From: Oligoflexales bacterium
Lineage (GTDB): Bacteria > Bdellovibrionota_B > Oligoflexia > Oligoflexales > CAIYRB01
Length of the DNA stretch: 19,551 nucleotides
Direction: 5' to 3'
Assembly (NCBI GenBank): GCA_041736175.1
Contig: JBGSUI010000235.1
Coordinates: forward strand, 1-19,551
The position numbers were made by a program, and so were the translations under genes. The notes beneath the pieces were generated by a model, which did not search any database, was not told the origin of the DNA, and saw nothing but the letters and a program-made list of their open reading frames with translations. Positions 8,183-18,217 of the stretch are shown here, piece after piece (position 1 is the first letter of the stretch; each line of letters opens with the position of its first letter).

Positions 8183-8344
8183 CCCTTTAAGGACTGGTTG
8201 ATCATTCAGTTTGATTCCAGGGGCATTGGTGCATGCTACTGCACTCCTAGATAAAAGTCATTTGGTCTCCAAGATGTTCAAAGCCGACTGTCTTGGCGGA
8301 GCCCCATCAAAAATCAAAGTCATGAACATCCAGTACCTTATACC

Positions 8345-8372
8345 TTGACTTTTCAGGGGGTTCCATTATATT
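8345..8372 (+). promoter_or_regulatory. Putative sigma-70 promoter of the MNT-HEPN pair
   Basis: TTGACT(8345-8350)-N16-TATATT(8367-8372), about 60 nt before the GTG start. A TATAAT on the opposite strand (8365-8370) overlaps it. Confidence 0.45.
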
Positions 8373-8432
8373 CAATAGACATTGTTGAAGGTTGCTCCCT
8401 CGATTCAAGAATTTTTTTTGTAAGGCAAAGAA

Positions 8433-8798
8433 GTGGTTTTGCATCGGCTCCAACCATCTCCGTTGGATCAGCAAGCTTTAGACCTAGAGATCAGCCTGCT
8501 CCTAAAACAGCTACAAACACTCTTAAATGAGTCTTTGCAAGAGGTCTTTCTATTTGGTTCTGCCGGCAAGGGAGTCCAGGAAATGCACTTATTTTCCGAT
8601 GTAGATTTTTGTGTCGTTGTCTCCGACGCTGTTAAAGTTAAAGACCTTTATGGTAAAATGCCGATATCAAAAATTGTTCCTGTTGATTGGATCATCGTAA
8701 ACAAGTCTGATTTTGATAAAAAGGTTGGCCAAGGACATGGGGTTTACGCCCTTGTGTTTCAGGAAGGCCACCGTTTACTCCACGGAGAGCCACGCTAG
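8433..8798 (+). CDS. Minimal nucleotidyltransferase (MNT) domain protein, antitoxin-like
   Basis: VFLFGS...SDVDF (GS + DxD) and third aspartate in PVDW. 121 aa. The stop codon abuts the HEPN ATG. Confidence 0.85.
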   Translation: MVLHRLQPSPLDQQALDLEISLLLKQLQTLLNESLQEVFLFGSAGKGVQEMHLFSDVDFCVVVSDAVKVKDLYGKMPISKIVPVDWIIVNKSDFDKKVGQGHGVYALVFQEGHRLLHGEPR

Positions 8799-9155
8799 AT
8801 GCCCAAATTTCAAGCCAGCTATGCCAAGGAACTCCTAGAAATTGCGGAACAGGATATTGAGTCAGCAAAGGTCCTTGCTGAATCCTGGAAAAAAGGACGA
8901 ATTGAAAATATTTTTTTTCTAGTGCAACAGGCTGTGGAAAAATCCCTCAAGGCATACCTCTGTCATAGATTTCAGGAATTTCCAATGGTCCATGATATTG
9001 GTATCCTCTTGGGCAAAATGGACCTTTTACCCCCCCATGGTTATAGCCTCGTATCATTCTCACAATTTGCTGGTGTTGGCACTCACCTTCTTATTTCCGG
9101 TCAATCTACAAGCTGCGAAAGAGTCGGCGACCTTTGGGCTAGCTGGCACGCCTAG
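8799..9155 (+). CDS. HEPN domain protein, probably C-terminally truncated
   Basis: A-x2-D helix, FLVQQAVEKSLKAYL and FPMVHDIGILL are HEPN signatures. Similarity seems to stop after SQFA, and the usual RY motif is absent. Confidence 0.8.
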   Translation: MPKFQASYAKELLEIAEQDIESAKVLAESWKKGRIENIFFLVQQAVEKSLKAYLCHRFQEFPMVHDIGILLGKMDLLPPHGYSLVSFSQFAGVGTHLLISGQSTSCERVGDLWASWHA

Positions 9156-9179
9156 AAACTAGCGATTTTTTGCCTGTTG

Positions 9180-9674
9180 TCAAACCTCAGAGATTTTACC
9201 TTCAAAGACTAAATAGTTAGTCTGTTCCATCCCCACTCCCTGGTAGGTCTTTAGCCCCTGCAGGTTGTCTTTTTCCACATAAAGCCTGATCAGCCGCACC
9301 GACCCCATCTGGCAGGCCACGTCTTTAACATGCTGGTAGAGAGCCTTAAAAACCCCCTGGCGTCGGTGCTCCTGCACCACATAAACACTTTGGAGCCAGA
9401 CCACGAGTCCGTTGCGCCAGTCCGAAGGCTCAAACGAAATCATGGTCTGACCAATCACTTCCTGGCCCCGACAGGCCACATAATACCGCCCCAAGCTGGA
9501 GTGGTCCAACACCATGGCCACCCCTTGGGTGATGGTTTCTGTGTCTAAAGTTATATGCTCGGATTCAAAAGCAAGGAGCTGGTTGAACCGAGCTAGAGTA
9601 GGGATATCATCTGGTGTCGCCGGACGGATCACCAAAGGATCGTTTATTGCACTGGGTGATCGCAGCTCCGCCAT
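9180..9674 (-). CDS. GNAT family N-acetyltransferase
   Basis: IRPATPDD, WLQSVYV, HRRQGVFKALY (acetyl-CoA motif), RLYVEKDN and TYQGVGM. GAGGT RBS favours ATG 9674. Lies 39 nt downstream of acnA. Confidence 0.9.
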   Translation of the reverse strand: MAELRSPSAINDPLVIRPATPDDIPTLARFNQLLAFESEHITLDTETITQGVAMVLDHSSLGRYYVACRGQEVIGQTMISFEPSDWRNGLVVWLQSVYVVQEHRRQGVFKALYQHVKDVACQMGSVRLIRLYVEKDNLQGLKTYQGVGMEQTNYLVFEGKISEV

Positions 9675-9713
9675 CGTCAAACCTCACTCAAAAAATAATC
9701 TAAACACCATCAA

Positions 9714-12404
9714 TTAGAGAAGCCGTCGCACCACATAGGGTAGAATCCCGCCGTTTTTGTAATACTCCAGCTCATCTGCCGTATCGATACGGCAGGAGAC
9801 AGACACACTGGTGGATTGGCCCGAAGGGGTCGTGATCCGCAGCTCTAAGTCACTCCGTGGGGTTAAACCGGAGACTCCCTTGATATCAAACACCTCGTCC
9901 CCTTTGAGCCCGAGTGTTTTACGTGTAGTGCCTCCCTTAAATTGCAACGGAAGCACCCCCATACCGATCAGATTAGACCGATGGATCCGCTCAAAGCTCT
10001 CGGCAACGACTGCTTTAACTCCCAACAAATAGGTGCCTTTTGCCGCCCAGTCGCGGGAAGACCCCGTCCCATACTCCCGCCCCGCAACGACCACGAGGGG
10101 AGTCCGCTCGTTTTGGTACTGCATTGCCGCATCATAAATCGAAGTTTGTTTGCCGCTTGGCTGGTGAACGGTCACGCCCCCCTCCACTCCTGGGACCATC
10201 TCGTTTTTGATTCTGATATTGGCAAAGGTACCGCGCATCATCACTTCGTGGTTGCCGCGACGGGCTCCATAGGAGTTGAAATCCTGTTTTTTAACCCCTT
10301 TGCTGACCAGATAGGCTCCCGCAGGACTCGACTCTTTAATGGAACCCGCTGGCGAAATATGGTCCGTGGTGACACTATCCCCTAAAATAGCTAGGGGCCG
10401 AGCACCGACCACGTCACCGCGCAGGGAGGAAGCTTTTTCCATACCTTTGACAAAGGGCGGATTACGTACATAGGTGGAGTTTTCTTTAAAGGCAAAGGTA
10501 AAGCCGCTCGCTGATGGGATTTTGGCCCATTGCTCAGGACCCTTAGCCACATCGCTATAGCGGCGCCTAAACATCTCGGGTGTGAGTGCTTTAGCCAGAG
10601 CCTCTTTGATTTCCTGGTTGCTCGGCCAGATATCCTTTAAATAAACAGGATTTCCCTTAGCGTCTTTTCCTACCGGTTCTCGACTCAGGTCGATGGTCAC
10701 CGCCCCCGCCAGGGCGTAGGCCACCACGAGGGGAGGCGAAGCCAGGTAGTTGGCCTTAACGTCCGGGCCGATGCGCCCTTCGAAATTCCGGTTTCCCGAC
10801 AGCACCGAGGCACAGACCAACTCGCTACCTTGAATCGCCGCGGTGATTTCGTCTTTGAGAGGACCAGAATTGCCGATACAGGTGGTGCAGCCATAGCCCA
10901 CCAGGTTAAATCCCAGCTTGTCTAGAAAGGGAGTCAAGCCCGCCGCTGCTAAATAATCGGTCACCACTTGAGATCCAGGGGCCAAGGAGGCTTTGACCCA
11001 AGGCTTGGTGGCGAGGCCCTTTTCGACGGCTTTTTTGGCCACAAGACCGGCAGCGATCAGGACGGACGGGTTAGACGTATTGGTACAGCTGGTGATGGCG
11101 GCGATCACCACGGAGCCATGGCTCAGGGTATAGGCTTGGCCTTTGACGCTTGCTTCAATATTAGGTTTGGCGACTTTAAAACCTTCGAGTTCTTTTTTAA
11201 AACCAGCAGCCACTTGTTCGAGTCCCACCCGGTCTTGGGGGCGTTTAGGTCCTGCAAGACAAGTCCTTACGCTGGTCATATCCAGTTCGAGGACTTCCGT
11301 ATAGACCGGCTCCGGGCTTTTAAGGTCCCACCAAAAACCTTGGGCCTTGGCAAAAGCCTCGACTAAATCCACCTGATGGCTGTCACGCCCGGTAAACTTC
11401 AAATAGGCTAGAGTCTCCTGATCAATGGGGAAAAACCCGCAGGTCGCCCCATATTCCGGAGCCATGTTGGCCACCGTGGCTCTATCGGCCAAGGAAAGCT
11501 CGGCGATCCCAGGTCCAAAAAACTCGACAAATTTGCCAACCACGCCTTTTTTGCGCAGCATTTCTGTCACAACCAGCACCAAGTCCGTCGCCGTCGTCCC
11601 TTCCGAAAGTTTGCCCTTAAGCCGCACGCCAACCACCTCGGGAATCACCATGCTGAGAGGCTGCTTAAGCATGGCAGCCTCTGCTTCGATGCCACCCACA
11701 CCCCAGCCTAGGACGGAAAGGCCGTTGACCATCACCGTATGACTATCGGTCCCCACGAGGGTATCGGCATAGACCCAGTCAGTCCCGTCCTGGTTGTCGG
11801 TAAACGCCACTTTGGCGAGGTATTCGAGGTTAACCTGGTGGCAGATCCCCGTCCCCGGAGGAACGACGCGAAAGTTGTTAAAGGCCTGTTGGGCCCATTT
11901 TAAAAACTCATATCGCTCGCCGTTGCGCTCAAACTCCAAGTCCACGTTGGTCTTAAAAGCCGATGCAGTCCCCGCAACATCCACCTGCACCGAGTGGTCG
12001 ATCACCAGGTCCACGGGGGCGAGAGGGTTGATCTTTTTTGGATCGCCCCCTAATTTGGTCATAGCCTCCCGCATGATTGCCAAATCGACCACCGCTGGGA
12101 CCCCAGTAAAATCCTGCATCAGGACTCGTGCCGGGTAAAAGGCGATTTCGTGCTGGGAGGTTTTGGTTTTTTGCCAATGGACCAGCGCCTCGATATCCTG
12201 TTTGGTGACCGATTTGCCGTCTTCGTGGCGCAGCAGGTTTTCGAGGAGAACCTTAAGAGAGACAGGCAGCCGGGAAACATCACCCAATGAGGTCTTGGCG
12301 GCCTTGGCGAGATTTGCAAACCGGTAGGTTTTTGCGCCTACCTTAAGGGTGTCAAAACAGCCAAAGCTATCAATTGGTTTTTTTGGCGTACTGGACTGGG
12401 ACAT
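9714..12404 (-). CDS. acnA: Aconitate hydratase A
   Basis: [32 protein letters not shown] and [12 protein letters not shown] (three Fe-S cysteines), [19 protein letters not shown]. 896 aa, AGGAG RBS. Confidence 0.98.
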   Translation of the reverse strand: MSQSSTPKKPIDSFGCFDTLKVGAKTYRFANLAKAAKTSLGDVSRLPVSLKVLLENLLRHEDGKSVTKQDIEALVHWQKTKTSQHEIAFYPARVLMQDFTGVPAVVDLAIMREAMTKLGGDPKKINPLAPVDLVIDHSVQVDVAGTASAFKTNVDLEFERNGERYEFLKWAQQAFNNFRVVPPGTGICHQVNLEYLAKVAFTDNQDGTDWVYADTLVGTDSHTVMVNGLSVLGWGVGGIEAEAAMLKQPLSMVIPEVVGVRLKGKLSEGTTATDLVLVVTEMLRKKGVVGKFVEFFGPGIAELSLADRATVANMAPEYGATCGFFPIDQETLAYLKFTGRDSHQVDLVEAFAKAQGFWWDLKSPEPVYTEVLELDMTSVRTCLAGPKRPQDRVGLEQVAAGFKKELEGFKVAKPNIEASVKGQAYTLSHGSVVIAAITSCTNTSNPSVLIAAGLVAKKAVEKGLATKPWVKASLAPGSQVVTDYLAAAGLTPFLDKLGFNLVGYGCTTCIGNSGPLKDEITAAIQGSELVCASVLSGNRNFEGRIGPDVKANYLASPPLVVAYALAGAVTIDLSREPVGKDAKGNPVYLKDIWPSNQEIKEALAKALTPEMFRRRYSDVAKGPEQWAKIPSASGFTFAFKENSTYVRNPPFVKGMEKASSLRGDVVGARPLAILGDSVTTDHISPAGSIKESSPAGAYLVSKGVKKQDFNSYGARRGNHEVMMRGTFANIRIKNEMVPGVEGGVTVHQPSGKQTSIYDAAMQYQNERTPLVVVAGREYGTGSSRDWAAKGTYLLGVKAVVAESFERIHRSNLIGMGVLPLQFKGGTTRKTLGLKGDEVFDIKGVSGLTPRSDLELRITTPSGQSTSVSVSCRIDTADELEYYKNGGILPYVVRRLL

Positions 12405-12432
12405 GGATCTCTCCTAAAGTCTGATGACTGCT

Positions 12433-12464
12433 AAAATAGCACGGCTCCAAAAGAGCACGGCTCC
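12433..12464. repeat. Tandem 16-bp direct repeat, two copies, between sucA and acnA
   Basis: AAAATAGCACGGCTCC (12433-12448) followed by AAAAGAGCACGGCTCC (12449-12464), one mismatch. Confidence 0.85.
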
Positions 12465-12492
12465 ATGATTCTACGATATTAAGATCTTGGGT

Positions 12493-15375
12493 CTACCCTT
12501 TTTGCTGTAGGGGCGCCGAAGTCACCACTCCCGATGCTCTACCTAAAGACTCAGTGATGATTCTTCCCTGCTCGGCTTCATGGGCTTTGAGGGAGCCTTC
12601 TGCAGGTGTCCCGGCATTTTTACGCCCTACATAGGTCAAACTCTGATGGGACTGAAGAACCCCTTCAATCAACCGTCCTCGTACGAACTGCCATCCACCC
12701 ATATTTTGTGGTTCTTCTTGGGTCCAGATGATCTCCCGAAGATTGGGATAGGATGCCAACACCTCTTCGACCCGGCGGTAGGGGAATGGGTAAAACTGCT
12801 CGATCCGAACGATGGGGATATTTTTGTAGCTTGGCTCTTTGGTCCGTGCCTTAAGGAGATCGTAGTAGACTTTTCCAGCGCAGATAATCAGCCGCTCACA
12901 GGAGCGCCTTTCTTCTACAGAATCGTCGTCTAAAACCTCAAAAAAGCGACTTTTTTCGAAGGCAGCTACGGAAGAAACACAGAGTGGTTCCCGTAGCAAA
13001 CTTTTGGGTGTCATCAGGACCAGCGGTTTGCGAAATTCCCGGTTAAGCTGTCTACGAAGAATATGAAAATGCTGGGCGGGAGTCGTCGGAACAGCCACCT
13101 GAATATTGAGACTGCCACAGAGCTGCAAAAACCGCTCGGGGCGAGCACTGGAATGCTCAGGACCCTGGCCTTCGTAGCCATGGGGCAACAACAACACCAA
13201 GGAGCTGGTTTGGCGCCATTTTGCTTCGGAGGCCGAGATAAACTGATCGATAATGATCTGTGCTCCATTGGCAAAATCACCAAACTGGGCTTCCCATAAC
13301 ACCAAGGCTTCGGGGTCAGCCACCGAGTAACCAAACTCAAATCCCAGACACCCGCATTCGGAAAGGGGGCTATTGACCACTTCGACCCCACCCTGGTCTT
13401 TGCTAAGCTGGCCCATAGACAGGTGACGGGCGTTGGTTTCAAAGTCAACAAACACTGCATGACGGCTTACAAAGGTACCTCGACCCACATCTTGGCCCGT
13501 AAGGCGAACATAACGACCTTCCAGCAAGACGGTCGAAAGGCTAAGCAATTCTGCAAAGGCCCAGTCCACCTGGCCTATACCGTCGAGCATTTTAGAACGA
13601 CTCTCTAAAACTCTTTTGAGTTTAGGATTGACCTGAAATCCGTCCGGGACCTTGGTCAGCTTGTCGGCGATCGATTTCAACGTCTTTCCAGGAACAGCCG
13701 TATGGGACGGTCGATCGATATCCTCGCGGGTCGCCCTTTTGTAGGCGATCGACTTTTGAAAAGATGCAGGAACCTGGGGAGCTGGAAGCTGGAGATTTTT
13801 TTTGCCGTGGACGATCTCGTAGGCTGCCTGAAGTTTGTTACGGAACGCAAGATTGTCTTCGTCTAGCTCTTTTGCCGAGATAACCCCCTGGGCGACCAGC
13901 GATGCGCCGTATTGGGCAAAAGCCGTCTTGTGGGAGGCGATCTTGCGGTACATCATGGGTTGGGTAAAGGCCGGCTCATCCCCTTCGTTATGGCCATGAC
14001 GCCGGTAACCGACAAGATCGATCACGATATCACCATGCCATGTTTGGCGATAGGCACAGGCTAGCTGAGCACACCAGATCACAGCTTCCGGGTCATCTGC
14101 GTTTACATGGAGGACCGGGGCGCGAACCATCTTAGCCACATCCGAACTATAGGCCGTCGAGCGGCTTTCTTTGGGCTCCGTCGTAAACCCGATTTGGTTG
14201 TTGATAATGATGTGGATGGTTCCACCGGTGTTGTAGGCTTCGAGATTGGATAGATTAAGGGTCTCAGCCACCATTCCTTGGCCGATAAATGAGGCGTCAC
14301 CGTGCATCAAAACAGGAATCACTTTAGTTCGGTCCGAATCCCCGAGGAGTCTTTGGCGGGCTTTCACAAAGCCCTCAACCACAGGATTGACTTGCTCAAG
14401 ATGACTAGGATTCGGGGATAGATAGAGACGTATTTTGTGTCCGCTAAATGTTGAGACCTCGCTCGCAAAACCCATATGATACTTGACGTCGCCGTCGATA
14501 TCGTAGGGATTAAAGTCCGCACCTTCGAATTCCTTAAAGATATACTCGTAACCCTTGCCCAAAAAATTGGCCAAAACATTGAGGCGGCCCCGATGGGCCA
14601 TCCCGAGGCAAAGTTCTTCGCTCCCCCCTTGGGCTGCTTCGGAAGCGATGATATCAAGAAGTGGAACCAGGGCGTCGACACCTTCGATGGAAAACCGCTT
14701 AGCGCCCACAAATCGCCGCCCTAAAAACTGCTCAAACTCTTCTGCATGGCGTAATTTTTCAAGGATATGCTTTTTGAGCTGTGGACTTAGGATGGGGTGA
14801 TTGCGACAGCTTTCCATTTTTTGCTGAAACCACTCGACGATCTGGCCTTCGGGGACCTCCCTAAAATCAGCACCAATCGTCCGACAGTAGGTGTCCAGGA
14901 GGAGCTGTTGGATTTCGCCAAAGTTAAGGGTTTGAATGGGTAGATTGGCGGGCTTAAAAATCCGCTCACGGGGAATTTTGTCGAGGCCATGGGCTTCTAG
15001 GCTAAGATCCTTGGAAAGTCCGGGGCTCTGGTCTTCTAACGGATTGAGATGGGAAGAAAAATGACCCACTTTGCGAAACGTACTGATCAGACGGGAAACC
15101 CGTGCAGCGATCCCATCATCCTCGGGAGATGTAGGTTCTGAGTCTATGGAGCCGGTGGAGCCGGTGGAGCCGGCGGAGCCAGCGCCCGTTGCCGCAAAAC
15201 TGGGGGTTTCTAAAGGACTCTTAGCGGCGAATTCGTATCCTTCAAAAAATTTCCGCCAGCTCTCGTCCACCGAGAGTGGATTGGCGATAAAAGCCCGGTA
15301 AAGTTCTTCCAGGTAGGCGACATTAGCGCCCGTCGCGAATCCTTGGCGTGAGGATCCTGATGCCTCTTGGGACAT
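12493..15375 (-). CDS. sucA: 2-oxoglutarate dehydrogenase E1 component
   Basis: YLEELY..DESW N-terminus, KRFSIEG, GMAHRGRLN, GDVKYH, ThDP motif HGDASFIGQG...NNQIGFTT, WEAQFGDF and GPEHSSARPERFLQ. Confidence 0.98.
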   Translation of the reverse strand: MSQEASGSSRQGFATGANVAYLEELYRAFIANPLSVDESWRKFFEGYEFAAKSPLETPSFAATGAGSAGSTGSTGSIDSEPTSPEDDGIAARVSRLISTFRKVGHFSSHLNPLEDQSPGLSKDLSLEAHGLDKIPRERIFKPANLPIQTLNFGEIQQLLLDTYCRTIGADFREVPEGQIVEWFQQKMESCRNHPILSPQLKKHILEKLRHAEEFEQFLGRRFVGAKRFSIEGVDALVPLLDIIASEAAQGGSEELCLGMAHRGRLNVLANFLGKGYEYIFKEFEGADFNPYDIDGDVKYHMGFASEVSTFSGHKIRLYLSPNPSHLEQVNPVVEGFVKARQRLLGDSDRTKVIPVLMHGDASFIGQGMVAETLNLSNLEAYNTGGTIHIIINNQIGFTTEPKESRSTAYSSDVAKMVRAPVLHVNADDPEAVIWCAQLACAYRQTWHGDIVIDLVGYRRHGHNEGDEPAFTQPMMYRKIASHKTAFAQYGASLVAQGVISAKELDEDNLAFRNKLQAAYEIVHGKKNLQLPAPQVPASFQKSIAYKRATREDIDRPSHTAVPGKTLKSIADKLTKVPDGFQVNPKLKRVLESRSKMLDGIGQVDWAFAELLSLSTVLLEGRYVRLTGQDVGRGTFVSRHAVFVDFETNARHLSMGQLSKDQGGVEVVNSPLSECGCLGFEFGYSVADPEALVLWEAQFGDFANGAQIIIDQFISASEAKWRQTSSLVLLLPHGYEGQGPEHSSARPERFLQLCGSLNIQVAVPTTPAQHFHILRRQLNREFRKPLVLMTPKSLLREPLCVSSVAAFEKSRFFEVLDDDSVEERRSCERLIICAGKVYYDLLKARTKEPSYKNIPIVRIEQFYPFPYRRVEEVLASYPNLREIIWTQEEPQNMGGWQFVRGRLIEGVLQSHQSLTYVGRKNAGTPAEGSLKAHEAEQGRIITESLGRASGVVTSAPLQQKG
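15148..15180. repeat. In-frame 9-bp tandem repeat in the sucA N-terminal linker
   Basis: GGAGCCGGT x2, GGAGCCGGC, GGAGCC; encodes GSAGSTGSTGS on the minus strand. Confidence 0.85.
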
Positions 15376-15481
15376 GGTTCAATCACCTTTCTCTTTTAAA
15401 TCAGGGGCTTCTCTATGAACCCCCCCATCTTCAGCAAATCAAAGCACCACCACCCATAGCATCGGCATCTAAACTTGCAAC

Positions 15482-16918
15482 CTAAATATGCAACGACTTT
15501 CCGACGGTCCCCAGAGCGGCTTCTTTAACCACTTCTGAAAGGGTGGGGTGAGCATGACAAGATCTGGCGATGTCTTCGGAGCTGGCACCAAACTCCATAC
15601 CCACCACAATCTCGGCAATCAACTCCGATGCTGAGGGCCCTAAAATATGGGCGCCCAGGACCCGGTCGGTCTTAGCGTCGGCGACGATCTTAACGAATCC
15701 ATCCGTGTTGCCAAAGGCTTTTGCTCGGCCATTGGCAAGAAACGGAAATTTCCCCACTTTGACCGCTATCCCTTTGGCTTTTGCCTCAGCCTCGGTGAGG
15801 CCCACGCTTGAGACCTCTGGCCAGGTGTAAACCACCGAAGGGATCGTATCGTAATTGACATGACCAGCCTTACCAGCAATCATCTCGGCAACCGCAACCC
15901 CCTCTTCTTCGGCCTTGTGGGCTAACATCGGACCCTTGATGACATCGCCGATCGCCCAAACCCCCGGCACTGAAGTTCGCAAGTGGCTATCAACGGCCAC
16001 CTTCCCACCCGACTCCATCTTAAACCCTAAGGCTTCGAGCCCGAGTCCCTCGGTATTGGGTTTGCGACCCACAGCCACCAGCATCCTGTCTGCCTCAAGG
16101 GTTTTTGGGCCCTCGGGGGTTTGGATTGCGGCGACGACTTGGCCGTTTTTAACCTGTGTGCCGATCAGTTTGGTGCCTAGAAGAAATTCCATACCCTGTT
16201 TTTGAAGGATTTTTATCAACCCCTGACTCAGGTCAGAATCCATCATTCCGAGACATTGAGCTTGGGCTTCGACCACAGTCACCTTAGCCCCGAGCCGCAG
16301 CCAAACGCTTCCCATCTCAAGGCCAATCACACCGCCCCCGACAACAATCAGATGTTTAGGGACCGTATCAAACTTCAAAGCCCCTGTAGAACTCACGATC
16401 ACCTTGCGGTCGAAGGGTGCCGGTGGGATTTCAATCGGCTTAGACCCCGTGGCAATCACGACAGATTTCGCCTCATAAACGGCCTTTTCGCCCGATTCTT
16501 GGGTCACCTGGATTTGGGTGGGCGAAACAAAGGAGCCTCGCCCCTTAAGCCAGGTGACTTGGTTTTTCTTAAACAATCCGGCAATACCCACCGTCAGACT
16601 TTTCACCACTTCTGATTTGCGTTTCATCATGGTGGGCAAGTCAAGACTGACCTTTTGCACGGCAACCCCATGCTTCTCCAGATCGTGGAGCGCGTGGTGG
16701 TAGTATTCACTCGATTGGAGCAGGGCCTTGCTGGGTATACAACCTACGTTAAGGCATGTCCCACCGAGACTCGCTTCGTATTCGATACAGGCCGTCTTAA
16801 GCCCTAGTTGGGCTGCCTTGATCGCACAGACATAGCCTCCCGGCCCGCTTCCAATCACGATCAGATCAAAAACACCTTTGACGTCTGACGTAGCTTTTAC
16901 GTCCTGGCTTGGGCTCAT
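15482..16918 (-). CDS. lpdA: Dihydrolipoyl dehydrogenase (E3)
   Basis: GSGPGG FAD site, GGTCLNVGCIPSK redox disulfide, GGGVIGLE NAD site and HAHPTLSE. Starts 3 nt after the sucB stop. Confidence 0.98.
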   Translation of the reverse strand: MSPSQDVKATSDVKGVFDLIVIGSGPGGYVCAIKAAQLGLKTACIEYEASLGGTCLNVGCIPSKALLQSSEYYHHALHDLEKHGVAVQKVSLDLPTMMKRKSEVVKSLTVGIAGLFKKNQVTWLKGRGSFVSPTQIQVTQESGEKAVYEAKSVVIATGSKPIEIPPAPFDRKVIVSSTGALKFDTVPKHLIVVGGGVIGLEMGSVWLRLGAKVTVVEAQAQCLGMMDSDLSQGLIKILQKQGMEFLLGTKLIGTQVKNGQVVAAIQTPEGPKTLEADRMLVAVGRKPNTEGLGLEALGFKMESGGKVAVDSHLRTSVPGVWAIGDVIKGPMLAHKAEEEGVAVAEMIAGKAGHVNYDTIPSVVYTWPEVSSVGLTEAEAKAKGIAVKVGKFPFLANGRAKAFGNTDGFVKIVADAKTDRVLGAHILGPSASELIAEIVVGMEFGASSEDIARSCHAHPTLSEVVKEAALGTVGKSLHI

Positions 16919-16921
16919 CCG

Positions 16922-18217
16922 TTAAACTCCTAAAAGCAGCCGCGAGGGATCCTCGACCAGCTCCTTGATGGTGACTAAAAACTGCACGGCCTCCTTGCCA
17001 TCCACGATTCTATGATCGTAGGACAGGGCCAAATACATCATGGGGCGTATCACAATTTGGCCACCGACGACCACTGGTCGCTCTTGGATTTTATGCATTC
17101 CTAAGATGGCACTTTGGGGCGGGTTTAAAATGGGGGTCGACAGCAGTGACCCAAACACGCCACCATTGGAGATGGTGAAAGTTCCACCATTGAGATCATC
17201 GACGGAGATCTTGTTGTCCCGAGCTTTAGTGCTGTAATGGATAATAGCCTTTTCAATCTCAGGCATCGACAGCTTATCAACGTCACGTAAGATGGGGACC
17301 ACAAGCCCGCGTTCCGAGGAGACCGCGACTCCAATATCATAGTAGTCATGGTAGACGATCTCGTTGGCCTCGATCCACCCATTGATGGCTGGATACTTTT
17401 TGAGTGCATCGACAGCAGCCTTAACAAAAAACGACATAAAACCCAGGTTAACCCCATGCCGTTCCTTAAAGAGATCTTTGTACTGCTTACGTAGATCCAT
17501 CACACCTTTCATGTCCACCTCGTTAAAGGTGGTCAGGATCGCCGCTGTGTTTTGGGCATGGACGAGACGCTCGGCGATCCGACGGCGTAGCATCGACATG
17601 GGCTCGCGACGGATTGCCCGTGGGCCCACTCCCTGTACGGCCCCCTGACTTTTTTCGCTGATCACCGACTTGGGTCCTAGAGTTGTCGATGTTGCGGGGG
17701 TTGGAGTCGTGGTCGTGCTCGTTGAGGGGCCTTTAGTTTTTGCACTGGCTGCCTCAAGGGCGTCGCCCTTCGTGATCCGCCCACCTTTGCCAGTACCGGA
17801 AATCTGTCCGGGATCAAGGGCCTCTTCGGTCACGATGCGGCGCACTGCAGGGCTCAGTGGAGCGGAGGCTGCGGCGCCTACGGCGGAGGCTGCGGCGGGT
17901 GCCGCTGGGATTTTGGGTGGTGGCGGAACGGAGACGGGAGTGGTGACAGGGGCGATGACGGGAGCAGGAGGGTCACCAGCTTTTCCTTCTCCCAATCGAC
18001 CAATCACCTCCCCAATGGCCACGACGGCACCATTGGGTTTTAATATATGTAGGATCCCATCCGCTTCGGCGGTCAATTCAACGGTCGCCTTATCGGTTTC
18101 AAGCTCTAACAGGATCTCATCCCGACGGACCGAGTCACCACTGTTTTTGTGCCATTTATGGATCATAGCTTCTTGAATCGATTCACCGACTGCGGGGACT
18201 TTCACATCAACGGCCAT
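16922..18217 (-). CDS. sucB: 2-oxoglutarate dehydrogenase E2, dihydrolipoyllysine-residue succinyltransferase
   Basis: Lipoyl domain ETDKA, E3-binding domain SPAVRR...[21 protein letters not shown] and catalytic SYDHRIVDG, with Pro/Ala/Thr linkers. Confidence 0.97.
   Translation of the reverse strand: MAVDVKVPAVGESIQEAMIHKWHKNSGDSVRRDEILLELETDKATVELTAEADGILHILKPNGAVVAIGEVIGRLGEGKAGDPPAPVIAPVTTPVSVPPPPKIPAAPAAASAVGAAASAPLSPAVRRIVTEEALDPGQISGTGKGGRITKGDALEAASAKTKGPSTSTTTTPTPATSTTLGPKSVISEKSQGAVQGVGPRAIRREPMSMLRRRIAERLVHAQNTAAILTTFNEVDMKGVMDLRKQYKDLFKERHGVNLGFMSFFVKAAVDALKKYPAINGWIEANEIVYHDYYDIGVAVSSERGLVVPILRDVDKLSMPEIEKAIIHYSTKARDNKISVDDLNGGTFTISNGGVFGSLLSTPILNPPQSAILGMHKIQERPVVVGGQIVIRPMMYLALSYDHRIVDGKEAVQFLVTIKELVEDPSRLLLGV

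Noticed and set aside
8153..8430. Cobalamin riboswitch upstream of the PduX/CobD-like genes
   Set aside because: I could not find the conserved GGGAA, GCCCCCGC-ACTG or B12-box (AG-CAG-A-ACC-GCC) elements on the minus strand.
145..9155. SNF2 plus MNT-HEPN as a single anti-phage defence system
   Set aside because: They are about 5 kb apart, on opposite strands and separated by unrelated genes. SWIM-SNF2 helicases commonly stand alone, and no methylase or nuclease partner is present.
9077..9160. TGGCAC hexamers near 9077 and 9144 as sigma-54 promoters
   Set aside because: Neither has GC at the -12 position, and no plus-strand gene lies downstream.
12405..12492. Iron-responsive-element-like stem-loop or mini-CRISPR at the acnA repeat
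   Set aside because: No CAGUG loop. Only two adjacent 16-bp copies, with no spacer and no cas genes.
9811..18176. Many plus-strand and alternate-frame ORFs of 60-170 aa over acnA, sucA, lpdA and sucB (likewise over SNF2)
   Set aside because: Antisense or shadow frames of conserved genes, with no recognisable motifs.
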